From assembly GCA_965243285.1 (NCBI GenBank), contig OZ251537.1, positions 570,387-634,386 of the forward strand: a stretch of 64,000 bases of DNA, in the 5' to 3' direction. This stretch comes from Candidatus Poriferihabitaceae bacterium (GTDB lineage Bacteria; Pseudomonadota; Gammaproteobacteria; Arenicellales; Poriferihabitantaceae). Positions 50,203 to 60,635 of the stretch are shown here, one piece after another. Positions within the stretch are counted from its first letter, which is position 1; each line of letters opens with the position of its first letter. The translations under genes and the position numbers were made by a program. The notes beneath the pieces were generated by a model. The model saw only the letters and a program-made list of their open reading frames with translations, searched no databases and was not told the origin of the DNA.

Positions 50203-51228
50203 TCATTCACTCAAGGCGCGGCTGAATTCATCTACCCAAGCGGTTTTGTTGGCGGCGATGCGTTGCGGGTCGAGGTGCAAGGTGATGGCCGGCTGGACTA
50301 GCCTGGCGAAGGCTGGCGGCAGGCCGGCGGTCGGGGTGACCGCCGGGTACATCCAATTACCGGTGGGGATGGCGGATTGGAAGGCGTCGGTGGTGATGAA
50401 ATCCATAAAGCGCTGCGCCAGCGCTGGCTGCCGGGCGGCGGCGAGTTGCGCCGCTACTTCGATTTGCAGGCCGTGGCCATCGCCAAAGGCGGCGGCGGCG
50501 TAGCGGTCATCACCCTCGACCATGCGGTGGTAGGCCGGCGAGGTGGTGTAACTCAACACCATATCGGCTTCGCGGTCCAAAAATAAGCCGTACGCCTCGG
50601 CCCAACTGCGGGTGACGGTGATGATTTTGCCGGACAGCCGCCGCCAGGCATCGCCGGCGGCGGCGCCGTACAGCGCCTTGACCCACAGCAGCAGGCCGAT
50701 GCCGGGAGTCGAGCTGCGCGGGTCTTGGATGACGATTTTCAGCGAATCGTCGGCCGCTAATAATTCGTCAAAACTGGTCGGCGGCATCGGCAGATCATCG
50801 CGCCGATAAATGAAGGCGAAATAGCCGTAGTCGAACGGCAAAAACATCGGGTCGCGCCAGAGCACCGGCAAATCGAGGGCCTCCAGCGAGACATTGTGAG
50901 GTTTTAGCAAGCCGGTGGCGCGCGCTTCGACCAGCAGGCTGTGGTCTAAGCCGAGCACCACATCGGCGCGCGAGCCGGCGCCTTCCAACTGCACTCGGCT
51001 GAGAATGCCGGTGGAACTGTCCACCGCCACATAGTTTATTTCGCACGCGCATTGCGCCTCGAACGCGGCTTTGATTTTCGGCCCCGGGCCCCATTTGGAG
51101 GCGAAGGAATCATAGGTGTAGATGTTCAAAACCGGCCCCTCGGCGCGCCCGGCGCCGGCCCAGCAACAGCCGGCCAACAACACGCCGGCGCAACACACCG
51201 CACAAAAAAAACATCGTCGATTGCGCAT
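50203..51228 (-). CDS. thiB: thiamine ABC transporter periplasmic binding protein
   Basis: PVLNIYTYDSFASKWGPGPKIKAAFEAQC.C...FLPFDYGYFAFIY...QDPRSSTPGIGLLLW...LSYTTSPAYH...IPTGNWMYP is near-collinear with E. coli TbpA. Confidence 0.9.
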   Translation of the reverse strand: MRNRRCFFCAVCCAGVLLAGCCWAGAGRAEGPVLNIYTYDSFASKWGPGPKIKAAFEAQCACEINYVAVDSSTGILSRVQLEGAGSRADVVLGLDHSLLVEARATGLLKPHNVSLEALDLPVLWRDPMFLPFDYGYFAFIYRRDDLPMPPTSFDELLAADDSLKIVIQDPRSSTPGIGLLLWVKALYGAAAGDAWRRLSGKIITVTRSWAEAYGLFLDREADMVLSYTTSPAYHRMVEGDDRYAAAAFGDGHGLQIEVAAQLAAARQPALAQRFMDFITTDAFQSAIPTGNWMYPAVTPTAGLPPAFARLVQPAITLHLDPQRIAANKTAWVDEFSRALSE

Positions 51229-51813
51229 GATTCGGAGGGAGAGATGGGGCAGTTGTGGCCGAATGCAGAGCCGCTATTGCCCTCGGTTGCCGCCTGCCGC
51301 TGGGCTTTAATCGGTCCAGTCCGCTTGCCGGGCGGCCTCCAATTCCACCGCGCCGGTCGACCACTTCCAGCGCGGTTTGACCATGCTCGCAGTCCAACCA
51401 TTCGCCCCGCATCAGGTCAGCGGGCAACGCCAGCGGGGCGTCGCATACCGGGCAATTTCGCAGCGGCGGCTTATTCGAGCGGCGGCTTATTCGGTTGTGT
51501 GCTCATGGCAAGATGAATCCGAAGCCTGAATATCTCGTCTGCGATGGCGGCGGGCATCAAGAATGTATCGCTGGTTGCCGCCGGCAAACCGGCGCCCGCC
51601 AAACGCCCGATTCCACAAATGCGGCGCGCAGGTCAATAACGGGCGATAATTCTACCTTGATTTTCCGCCGTGCCAGACGATGTTGTTGGCGTGGTTGCCC
51701 AAGCGGCGTCCCCCTATCATCCGCCAAGGCCGGGGTTTCGCTTAAAATCAGCGCCCTTGGCGCCATTTCCGCACCGCCTTAAACCGCCCGCAGGCATTTC
51801 CAGCCCCACCGCT

Positions 51814-53451
51814 ATGACCATGCCCATCAGCGTCGCCGAACTCGCCCGCAGTCTCAGTCGTTGCGGCATCCATGGGGCGGTGGAAATACTCCACAACCCC
51901 AGCTATGACACCTTGCGCGATGAAGAAACCCGCGCCGATTTGACTGGCTTCGAGCGCGGCCGCATAACCGCCAGCGGCGCCGTGGCGGTGGATACCGGGG
52001 TGTTCACCGGGCGCTCGCCCAAGGATAAATACATCGTGCGCGACGACCTTACCCGCGATACTTTGTGGTGGGCTGAACAAGGGCAAAACGACAACAAGCC
52101 GCTCAGCGCCGGCCATTGGAATCACTTAAAAAAATTGGCGGCGGCGCAGCTGAGCGGCAAGCGCTTGTTCGTGGTGGATGCCTTTTGCGGCGCCGATGCC
52201 GGCACCCGTTTGGGCGTGCGTTTCATCATGGAGGTGGCGTGGCAGGCGCACTTCGTAACCAACATGTTCATCCGCCCGAGCGCGGCCGAGCTGGCGGATT
52301 TCACGCCGGATTTCACGGTGCTAAACAGCGCCCGCGCCGTCAACCCGCAATGGCGCGATATGGGGCTGAACTCCGAGAACTTCATCGCCTTTAATCTGAC
52401 CGAAAAAATGCAGTTGATCGGCGGCAGTTGGTATGGCGGCGAGATGAAAAAGGGCCTGTTTTCAGTGATGAATTACCGGCTGCCGCAACGCGGCATCGCC
52501 TCCATGCATTGCGCCGCCAATATCGGCGCGGCGGGCGATGTGGCGATCTTTTTCGGCTTGTCCGGCACCGGCAAAACCACCCTTTCCACCGACCCGCGCC
52601 GCCGCCTTATCGGCGATGACGAGCACGGCTGGGACGAGCGCGGCGTGTTCAATTTCGAGGGCGGCTGCTACGCCAAGACCATCCGCCTAGAGGCCGCCGC
52701 CGAGCCCGACATCCACCACGCCATCCGCCGCGATGCCCTGCTCGAGAATGTGGTGCTGGGCGCCGACGGCGAAGTGGATTACGCGGATGGCTCGAAAACC
52801 GAAAACACCCGCGTCTCGTACCCGCTGCATCACATCGACAATATCGTCACGCCCATCTCGCGCGGCGGTCATGCCAAGCGGGTGATTTTCCTCTCGGCCG
52901 ACGCTTTCGGCGTGTTGCCGCCGGTGTCGCGCTTAGATGCGGCGCAGACTCAATACCATTTTTTATCCGGCTTCACCGCCAAACTGGCCGGCACCGAACG
53001 CGGCGTACAGCAGCCGACGCCGACTTTTTCGGCCTGTTTCGGGGCCGCTTTTTTGAGCCTGCACCCGCTCCAATACGGCGCCGTGCTGGCGCAAAAAATG
53101 CAAGCCGCCGGGGCGCGCGCCTATCTGGTCAACACCGGCTGGAACGGCCGCGGGGCGCGCATTCGCCTCCAAGACAGCCGCGCTATCGTCAATGCCATCC
53201 TCGCCGGCGAGTTCGAACGCGCCGCCACTGACACCCTTCCCATATTCCATCTGCAAATCCCTCGCGCCTTGCCGGGCGTGGAATCGGCCCTCTTAGACCC
53301 GCGCAACAGTTACCCCGAGGCGGCGCAATGGCAGATTAAAGCGGAGCATTTGGCGGCTTTGTTCATCGACAATTTCAAACAATACCAAGACCATGAAGCG
53401 GCCCGGCGACTCACCGCCGCCGGACCGGTGTTGCCGCCGCAACGGGCTTAA
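51814..53451 (+). CDS. pckA: phosphoenolpyruvate carboxykinase (ATP)
   Basis: [24 protein letters not shown] and IGDDEHGW motifs. Start at MTMPISV by comparison with known PckA length. Confidence 0.9.
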   Translation: MTMPISVAELARSLSRCGIHGAVEILHNPSYDTLRDEETRADLTGFERGRITASGAVAVDTGVFTGRSPKDKYIVRDDLTRDTLWWAEQGQNDNKPLSAGHWNHLKKLAAAQLSGKRLFVVDAFCGADAGTRLGVRFIMEVAWQAHFVTNMFIRPSAAELADFTPDFTVLNSARAVNPQWRDMGLNSENFIAFNLTEKMQLIGGSWYGGEMKKGLFSVMNYRLPQRGIASMHCAANIGAAGDVAIFFGLSGTGKTTLSTDPRRRLIGDDEHGWDERGVFNFEGGCYAKTIRLEAAAEPDIHHAIRRDALLENVVLGADGEVDYADGSKTENTRVSYPLHHIDNIVTPISRGGHAKRVIFLSADAFGVLPPVSRLDAAQTQYHFLSGFTAKLAGTERGVQQPTPTFSACFGAAFLSLHPLQYGAVLAQKMQAAGARAYLVNTGWNGRGARIRLQDSRAIVNAILAGEFERAATDTLPIFHLQIPRALPGVESALLDPRNSYPEAAQWQIKAEHLAALFIDNFKQYQDHEAARRLTAAGPVLPPQRA

Positions 53452-53754
53452 AACCGCGCCGCCCAGCCGCATTCTGCCGCCAAACTTGCCGCCAAACTTG
53501 CCGCCAAACCACCCGCCGCTCGGTCGCCGCTGGCCATATCGGCCGCCGGGCCGCATCGGCGACGGTGGCTCGGGGTTTGACATGACGGCTGGGGTTGTAT
53601 TAAATTCGGCTACCGTTACTGAAATCCCCGGCCAATTTGCTTTTGCTTTAGGCGACTTTTGGTAGACATTCGCCAAAACAATCGTCAAATACAGTCGTCA
53701 CTAGGGCCGGCGGCTTCACCCCCCCCTTTGCACTCCCCAACCGAGCATCGACCC

Positions 53755-56700
53755 ATGAAAAAATCACCCATAGCCACTCGCCAGCCCCACTGGTTGTTGC
53801 AAATCGCCTTAGGCGTATTGATTTTTGGCGGCTCCATCAGTACCACAACGGCGAGCATAACCATCAACATAACCGATGGTATCGCCCCCACTTTGGAGGT
53901 TGATCCGCCGGTCATCGATTTCAACGCCGAAACCATCACCTTTGATTTTGATGAGGTGATCGATGTATCTGAAATCGATACCAGTAATTATATGGATGGG
54001 CCTCGCACGCGTTTTCATATGGGTATTGTTGACCGTAGACAAGTAGACGCAGTGTCGCTGGACGGCGCCCTGCTGACCAGCGTCGATTCAGACATAGTAG
54101 TCATGTCGATAAGCAGATCTCTAAAGCAGAGGGCGCTGCGGATACTTGACCGCACCTCTGCCGTCTACATAGATGTCTCTAACACCGCCATACAAGACCT
54201 CGCCGGCAACCACTTCGCCGGGCTGGATATTGTCCAATTAACTGTCGTCGAAGACACCACAGCGCCTACCCTAAGGGACACGGCGCCGGCTTTTAACCTC
54301 AGCACCGGGGTTATCACCTTTAATTTTGATGATTTCCTTGAGTTCGGCAGTTTCCGCAGTATCGGCCTCTCCAAAATCACCATCACCGACAACAATGGCG
54401 AAAACGGCGTATCACTTACCGGCGCCGCCATCGTGCCTCTGAACGACTCTGAAACCTTCGTAGTAACTCTGACTGAAGAACAACGGCAGCAAGCCATCCG
54501 GCTCCAATACGGGGCGAATACCCCGATTCGAGTGGATATTGCTGCAGACGCATTTTTCGATTTAAGCGGCAACGGCAACGCCAGCGTGGTTGGTTTAGCG
54601 TTTACGCTCACCCGGGACGACCCTTTTCATTTTCTGCCCGCCCATGATGACATTGGCATTCCATTGAACGAGTTTTTTACGACCACTTTGCCGGCCATCG
54701 TCACCACCAATGCCGACCCGAGTGCCTTCACATACCGCCTCGATGGCGACTTGCCCCCCGGGATGAGTTTCGTTGCCGACACCCGAATTTTAAGCGGCAC
54801 GCCAACTCAATCAGTGGTTGATGTCGCATTGTCATACGTCGCCACGGTCGGCACGGTAACACGCGGTGCCGAGTTGTTCCTCCTCTCCGTAGGCTCAGAC
54901 CTTGTCCTTATTGATAATCCGGGCGACATGACTTTTGCAGTGGGGCAGGCGGTAGACATGACATTGCCGAAGGCGAGTGGTGGTTATGGCGACATCGTCT
55001 ACCGCCTCACCGATAATAATGGCGACGCTTTTGCCAGCGATACGGTGCCGGGCTTGATGTTTGCCTCCACCGACGATGGCGGTGTTTTAAGCGGCACGCC
55101 GAGCCTGAGCGCCGCCGGCGTGCATACGCTCACCTACAACGCCACGGATGAGCGCACCCCGGTCAATGCATCGCCGCCTTCTTTCACCGTGACCATCACA
55201 CTGCCGGAGTTCACCACCACCCCCCCGAGCGGCAACCTCATCTATAGGGTGGGCGAACCATACGATGCCGTGCCTTTGCCGGATGCGACCCAAGGCGCCG
55301 GGTCGATCATCGGTTACACCTTGATTTGGGATTGCACTATATTGAACGGTGCCACGCTGACCCTTGAGCAATGCGGCCGCATCAAAGACATGGTCGGGAT
55401 AGATGATGAGTCTTCATCGACCCCCCAATCCCTAAACGCCATCACCTCAACGCATTGGGCTGCCCTCGCCGCCGCCGTGCCGAATTTTAATGCGATGTTG
55501 CCGTTGAGTTTTCCGCTGGTCTACACCGCCACCGATAATTTCGGCAATACCGCAGTCGGCAATTTCAATATCGTCATCACCATACTGCCGGCGCCGGTGT
55601 TTGCCACCACCCCGACCGCCCGTACCTATCGGGTGAACCTCCCATCCCCCGCCATGCCTTTGCAGCAGGTGGTCAGCGATTCCCCCAATCTCAGTTACGC
55701 CTTGGCTTGGGATTGCGGTCTAGTGGACAACACCACGCTGGCGGATACGCCATGCGACGCCATCAAAACCATGTTGGGGCTGGTTGATTCGGCTTCATCG
55801 ACCGCCATCACCCTACCGGCGATAACCCAAACGCAGTGGGATACCTTCGCTGTCGCCGTGTCGGATTTTAATGCGCTGCCGCTGAGTTTTTCGCTGGTCT
55901 ACACGGCGGACGATAACACCGGCAACGACCCGGCCATGGTCTCGTACGCCATCACCATCACACTGCCGGCGCCGGAGTTCGACAGCACTGCCTTCGAAGA
56001 CCTCGTCTATACGGTGGGCCAGCCAGCCGAGGCCACGCCGTTGCAAGCGGCGGACAGCCTGGCTGAATCGCTCACTTACGCCCTGCTGACTTGGGATTGC
56101 GGTCTATTGGACAACACCACCACGCTGCCGGATACGCCATGCAACGCCATCAAAACCCTATTAGGGCTGGATGGAATGGATGTAATGGATTCACCGACCC
56201 CCATCACCCTACCGGCGATAACCCAAATGCAGTGGGATGACCTCGCTGACGTGCCGGATTTTAATACGCTGCTGCCGCTGAGTTTTTCGCTGACCTACAC
56301 GGCGGACGATAATATCTCCGTCAACGGCCCGACCACGGTTTCTTTCACCATCACCATCAGGGCATCCTCCACCTTCGCCGAGACCAACGAAGTGATTTTG
56401 CCGGAGGTCATGCGGGCGATTACCAACAGCGCCACGGCCGCCATCACCGACCGCATCGGGCAGGCTGCTGGGCGAGCCGCTGGGCCGGCCGGCGGTTCGG
56501 GCGCCAGTTTCAGCCTGGCTGGGCATGACAATATCGCCAGCCTATTGGCCGGGCGTGGCGAGGAGATGACAGCCGATGACTTCGATGCCAAAAAACTGCT
56601 GGCCGGGGCCCAATTCGCCATACCGCTCAAGGGCGTGGGCGGTGACGGCGGGGTTGTCCCCGGCTCGGCGGTGTTCTGGGCCAGCGGCGAATACTCGGCG

Positions 56701-57744
56701 TTAGACGGCGAGGATGATGCGGTGGATTGGGATGGCGATTTGCTCGGCTTTCAGGTCGGCGTCGATGCCAAAGTGCGGCAAAATCTGTTGCTCGGGCTGT
56801 CCATATCCCGCTTGGCGAGCGATTTGGAATATGAAACACCCGTAGCCGGCGGCGATTATGAAATCGACATGACCAGCGTGCATCCGTACCTCGCCTGGCG
56901 CGCCGGGGCGCTGGATTTATGGGCCTCGGTGGGCCTCGGCGAGGGTGATTTACGCATCAAACCCGCCGTCGGCGTGGCCCAATCCGCCGACCTCAACATG
57001 ACTTCCCTAAACGGCGGTTTGAGCGGCTCGGTGTGGCAACAAAGCGCCGCCGACATGCGATTCAAGGGCGAACTCGGGGTAAGCGAACTGAAAACCGACG
57101 CCGCCGGCAATATGGATGACACCTCCGTCACCACCACCCGCATTCGCGTCGCCTTGGAAGCCAGCCTGCCCCGCCGGTTGGCCAGCGGCGCCTCATTAGC
57201 GCCGTCTATGCAAGTCGGCTTGCGCCATGACGGCGGCGACGGCAACACCGGCGGCGGCGTCGAGGTCGGCGGCGTTTTGCGCTACCACAATCCGGCTACC
57301 AACTTCACCGCCGAAGGGCGAGTTCGCGCCCTGCTCGCCCACAGCGCCGAGCAAGAAGAATGGGGCTTGCAAGGCACTGTGATATTAGGCGCCGGCGCCG
57401 ACGGGCAAGGTTTGTCGCTGAACTTAACCCCCAGCTACGGCGACGCCGCCAGCGCCCAGCAGCAGTTATGGCATGACGGCGTGGCCAGCGCCACCACCGC
57501 CGCTGCCGACAAAACCGCCGACTACAGCGCCACCCTAAACAGCCGAGTAGGGTACGGCGTAGCTTTGCGCGACGGCTCATTATTAGAGCCATACAGCGCG
57601 TTGACTTTGGGCGCCGCCGACACCTACCGCATCGGCATGCGCTGGAAAAGCAGCCAAAACCTCACCCTGAATTTACTCGGCGAACGCCACCAGACCGCCA
57701 CCGCCAACAACGCCATCATCCTAAAAGGCGCAATGCAGTTTTAG
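53755..57744 (+). CDS. autotransporter outer-membrane protein with repetitive passenger domain
   Basis: Signal peptide MKKSPIATRQPHWLLQIALGVLIFGGSISTTTA. Passenger with Ig/cadherin-like LPPGMSF...LSGTPT segments and three ~125-aa tandem repeats. C-terminal beta-barrel region ending ...LKGAMQF. Confidence 0.8.
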   Translation: MKKSPIATRQPHWLLQIALGVLIFGGSISTTTASITINITDGIAPTLEVDPPVIDFNAETITFDFDEVIDVSEIDTSNYMDGPRTRFHMGIVDRRQVDAVSLDGALLTSVDSDIVVMSISRSLKQRALRILDRTSAVYIDVSNTAIQDLAGNHFAGLDIVQLTVVEDTTAPTLRDTAPAFNLSTGVITFNFDDFLEFGSFRSIGLSKITITDNNGENGVSLTGAAIVPLNDSETFVVTLTEEQRQQAIRLQYGANTPIRVDIAADAFFDLSGNGNASVVGLAFTLTRDDPFHFLPAHDDIGIPLNEFFTTTLPAIVTTNADPSAFTYRLDGDLPPGMSFVADTRILSGTPTQSVVDVALSYVATVGTVTRGAELFLLSVGSDLVLIDNPGDMTFAVGQAVDMTLPKASGGYGDIVYRLTDNNGDAFASDTVPGLMFASTDDGGVLSGTPSLSAAGVHTLTYNATDERTPVNASPPSFTVTITLPEFTTTPPSGNLIYRVGEPYDAVPLPDATQGAGSIIGYTLIWDCTILNGATLTLEQCGRIKDMVGIDDESSSTPQSLNAITSTHWAALAAAVPNFNAMLPLSFPLVYTATDNFGNTAVGNFNIVITILPAPVFATTPTARTYRVNLPSPAMPLQQVVSDSPNLSYALAWDCGLVDNTTLADTPCDAIKTMLGLVDSASSTAITLPAITQTQWDTFAVAVSDFNALPLSFSLVYTADDNTGNDPAMVSYAITITLPAPEFDSTAFEDLVYTVGQPAEATPLQAADSLAESLTYALLTWDCGLLDNTTTLPDTPCNAIKTLLGLDGMDVMDSPTPITLPAITQMQWDDLADVPDFNTLLPLSFSLTYTADDNISVNGPTTVSFTITIRASSTFAETNEVILPEVMRAITNSATAAITDRIGQAAGRAAGPAGGSGASFSLAGHDNIASLLAGRGEEMTADDFDAKKLLAGAQFAIPLKGVGGDGGVVPGSAVFWASGEYSALDGEDDAVDWDGDLLGFQVGVDAKVRQNLLLGLSISRLASDLEYETPVAGGDYEIDMTSVHPYLAWRAGALDLWASVGLGEGDLRIKPAVGVAQSADLNMTSLNGGLSGSVWQQSAADMRFKGELGVSELKTDAAGNMDDTSVTTTRIRVALEASLPRRLASGASLAPSMQVGLRHDGGDGNTGGGVEVGGVLRYHNPATNFTAEGRVRALLAHSAEQEEWGLQGTVILGAGADGQGLSLNLTPSYGDAASAQQQLWHDGVASATTAAADKTADYSATLNSRVGYGVALRDGSLLEPYSALTLGAADTYRIGMRWKSSQNLTLNLLGERHQTATANNAIILKGAMQF

Positions 57745-57796
57745 CGAGGGCAGTTTTGGCGAGGCGACATTCAGCCGACCGAAAAGCAACCGTTAC

Positions 57797-57828
57797 GGGC
57801 GACTCAGCCATGAGTCGCCCTTTTTTAT
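57797..57828 (+). terminator. rho-independent terminator of the autotransporter gene
   Basis: GGGCGACTC-AGCCAT-GAGTCGCCC followed by TTTTTTAT. Confidence 0.75.
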
Positions 57829-58043
57829 GGGATTTATATATCTAAATCTACACGGTGGCTTTGGCTTTGACTTTTCGCCTTTTTAGTCTTTAGTCTTTAG
57901 TCTTTGCTCACCCCATCAGCCACAAAGAGAGTTAAGAGATACAACATCAACAGAAAAATCAAAGTCAAACCCATCTCCCCCTAAATCAGCCGCTGACCTC
58001 AAAAAAACGCCAATCGAACTGCAGATTTAAGTATATAAATCCC
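57829..58043 (+). mobile_element. complete MITE copy (215 bp)
   Basis: Left TIR GGGATTTATATATCTAAATCTACACGGTGG. Right end ...CTGACCTCAAAAAAACGCCAATCGAACTGCAGATTTAAGTATATAAATCCC. Flanks TTTTTTAT / TTTTTTAG. Confidence 0.9.
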
Positions 58044-58075
58044 TTTTTTAGGGGAATGGCCGACCTAAATCCCCT

Positions 58076-58939
58076 TTATTTCAACGCCGCCAGACAGGCT
58101 ACCCAGGCCGGGTCGTTGTAGCCGAGGCGGGTTAATTCATAGCGGGTTTGGCGTTTTTCCTCGATGCACCAGAACACGCGAATGTCGGCGAAGCCGGCTT
58201 CGCGCAATAGGTCGATGATTTCGGGCATAGACCAGATGCGCCAGCGGTATTCGAAGGCGCCGCGCAACTGCGAGCCATCGGGGAAGCGAAAGTGCAGGGC
58301 GAGGTCGGCGCTGTTATCCACCGGGCAGAGGCCGGTTTGGTGGCAGATGAGGTCGAAATCGCCGCAGTCGGTGATTTGCTCTTGTTCAGAAAAAGCCTCG
58401 CCGCCGCCGTGTACATCCAACGCCAGCACGCCGCCGGCGGCGAGGTCGTCGCGGGCGCCGCGGAAGTACGCCAGCAGCGTCTCGCGCTCGCGGAAAATCC
58501 AATAAGAGAAGTTGAAGGCGCAGCGAATGTCCGGCGCGATGGCGCTGCTCTCGCGGGCGTCGGCTAAGCGCAACATAGCGCGCCGCCGGCGGCTGTTGCG
58601 GCCGGCGGCGGACGGAAAATGATTTTCTTGCGCCCAGCGCAAGGTTGCGCTGTCGATGTCGCAGCCTTCGCCGGTGTACCTCGGGCCTTGTTCCAGCCAG
58701 GCGCGCAAGGTGGCGGCGCTGCCGCAAAAATCCTCGCGCAAGCGCCGCGCCTTCTTGCCGCGGGCTTGCCGATAGATTTGCTGCAGTAACTCCACATCGA
58801 CATGCGGCGATTGCACGCTGAGCTCATACAGCCGATGCTTGTCGGCGGACTCGGCCAAGGTCGGGGCGCGAGGCCGGTTTCGCTTCCCGCGCGTGGTCGA
58901 TTTCAGCGCGGTCGATTTTGCGGATGATTGGCGCGCCAT
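58076..58939 (-). CDS. class I SAM-dependent methyltransferase (substrate unknown)
   Basis: 287 aa with an LREDFCGSA motif-I-like segment and the typical Rossmann MTase spacing. No finer assignment possible. Confidence 0.55.
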   Translation of the reverse strand: MARQSSAKSTALKSTTRGKRNRPRAPTLAESADKHRLYELSVQSPHVDVELLQQIYRQARGKKARRLREDFCGSAATLRAWLEQGPRYTGEGCDIDSATLRWAQENHFPSAAGRNSRRRRAMLRLADARESSAIAPDIRCAFNFSYWIFRERETLLAYFRGARDDLAAGGVLALDVHGGGEAFSEQEQITDCGDFDLICHQTGLCPVDNSADLALHFRFPDGSQLRGAFEYRWRIWSMPEIIDLLREAGFADIRVFWCIEEKRQTRYELTRLGYNDPAWVACLAALK

Positions 58940-58995
58940 GTTTGCGGGGCGGAAAAGGCGGGGATAGGGCGGCGGGGAATTGCTATGATGGCGAA

Positions 58996-59802
58996 ATGAA
59001 GGCCGCCGCCACCGCTTCGCCGCGCCCTGTGGCGGCGGAATTTAACACAGATAGACTCGCGCCAGGTTGCGCGCAACTCGGCATTGTCTTATCCGCCGCC
59101 CAGCACGCGCAGTTGCGGCGGCACTTGCAACTGCTGGCGAAATGGAATCGCGGCTTGAATTTGACCGCCATCCACAAAGCAGACGACATGGTGACCCGGC
59201 ATGTACTCGATTGCCTCGCCATCGCGCCTTTTGTGCGCGGCCAGGCGCTGCTCGATATCGGCAGCGGCGGCGGCTTTCCCGGCCTGCCCTTAGCCATCGC
59301 CAAGCCCGAATTGCGCGTCACTTTGCTCGATAGCCGCGGCAAGCGCGTCGAATTTTTGCGCCATGTTTGCGCCGACTTGGGGTTGAGCAACGCCGCTGTC
59401 GTGCACCGGCGGGTTGAGGATTACAGGCCGGCGCGAAAATTTGATACCCTGGCGGCGCGCGCCTTCGCGCCCCTGGCCGATGCGGTGGCCGCCTGCGCCG
59501 GGCTGCACCGCCGCGACGGTCGATTGCTGGCGATGAAGGGCAAAATGCCCGAGGCCGAAATTGCCGCTCTGCAGGCGCGGCGCGGCGGAAATGCCCCAGC
59601 CATCGCGGCCGGCGCGCTTAGCAAAACCGATGCCGCTGGCGGCGGCAAACTCGCTGCCGTCAAATTCAATCGCCTCGCCTCCAAAAGTCTCGCATCCAAA
59701 AGTCCCGCATCCAAAAACATCGCCTTCAAAAGCCTAACCACGGAGCGGCTGGATGTTCCCTTTCTAGCGGCGCAGCGCCACCTGACCATCGTCCAATTTT
59801 AA
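58996..59802 (+). CDS. rsmG: 16S rRNA (guanine527-N7)-methyltransferase with a ~45-aa internal insertion
   Basis: LLAKWNRGLNLTAI...RHVLDCL...LLDIGSGGGFPGLPLAI...LLDSRGKRVEFL...LAMKG.MPEAEI...ERLDVPFLAAQRHLTIV is collinear with E. coli RsmG. rsmG-parA-parB synteny. Confidence 0.85.
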   Translation: MKAAATASPRPVAAEFNTDRLAPGCAQLGIVLSAAQHAQLRRHLQLLAKWNRGLNLTAIHKADDMVTRHVLDCLAIAPFVRGQALLDIGSGGGFPGLPLAIAKPELRVTLLDSRGKRVEFLRHVCADLGLSNAAVVHRRVEDYRPARKFDTLAARAFAPLADAVAACAGLHRRDGRLLAMKGKMPEAEIAALQARRGGNAPAIAAGALSKTDAAGGGKLAAVKFNRLASKSLASKSPASKNIAFKSLTTERLDVPFLAAQRHLTIVQF

Positions 59803-59820
59803 CCCAGGATTTAAGCATCG

Positions 59821-60588
59821 ATGACGCGGGTAATCGCCATCACCAATCAAAAAGGCGGGGTCGGCAAAACCACCACCGCCATCAACCTGTGCGCATCCTT
59901 GCACTGCGCCGGGCAGCGCGCCTTGTTGGTGGATATGGACCCGCAGGGCAACGCCACGGTGGGCAGCGGCGTGACCATGCGCGAGGCGGAATTGGGCGCC
60001 TATGAGGTGTTGCTGGGGGCAGGGGCGATGGGCGATGCCATTATGCCCACCGTCGGCGGCTATGAATTGCTGCCGGCGCACCCCGACCTGGCCGGCGCGC
60101 AAGTGGAGATGGCGGAATTGCCGCACCGCGATTTTCGCCTGGCGCGCGCCCTGGATGATGTTTGCAGTCGCTATGATTTAATCATCATCGATTGCCCGCC
60201 GGCGCTGAATGTATTGACCGTAAACGCGCTGACCGCGGCGGCCGAAGTGTTGATTCCGGTGCAATGCGAGTATTATGCCCTCGAAGGCTTGACCAGTTTG
60301 ATGGAGACCATCGCCCTGGTGCGCGGCGGCTTGAATCCGGCGTTGCGGGTGCTGGGGTTGGTGCGCACCATGTTCGATGCCCGCAATTCGTTGTCGTCGG
60401 AAGTCTCGGCGCAGTTGCAGGCGCACTTCGCAAGCCAGCTGTTTCGCACCGTCATCCCGCGCAATGTACGCCTGGCCGAGGCCCCCAGCCATGGCCTGCC
60501 GGTGTTGCAATACGACCGCGGTTGCGGCGGTGCCCAAGCCTATGTGGCGTTGGCCAGCGAAGTGCTGCGCCGCCGCGGCGCCGATTAG
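59821..60588 (+). CDS. parA: chromosome partitioning ATPase ParA/Soj
   Basis: Deviant Walker A NQKGGVGKTTTAINL. Confidence 0.9.
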   Translation: MTRVIAITNQKGGVGKTTTAINLCASLHCAGQRALLVDMDPQGNATVGSGVTMREAELGAYEVLLGAGAMGDAIMPTVGGYELLPAHPDLAGAQVEMAELPHRDFRLARALDDVCSRYDLIIIDCPPALNVLTVNALTAAAEVLIPVQCEYYALEGLTSLMETIALVRGGLNPALRVLGLVRTMFDARNSLSSEVSAQLQAHFASQLFRTVIPRNVRLAEAPSHGLPVLQYDRGCGGAQAYVALASEVLRRRGAD

Positions 60589-60635
60589 CCTATCCGCCGG
60601 TTTAAGCCCCCAAACTCAGCCCCCCCAAACCCGCC

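Noticed and set aside
51229-51480. TPP riboswitch expected upstream of thiB (minus strand)
   Set aside because: Fragments are reminiscent of it (GGGGCG..., CTGCGAG, ACC-GCGCTGG...CCGGCGC-GGTGGAA). However, the invariant CUGAGA and ACCUGAUCUGGAUAAUGCCAGCG cores are not present in recognisable form. A covariance-model search (Rfam RF00059) is needed before calling it.
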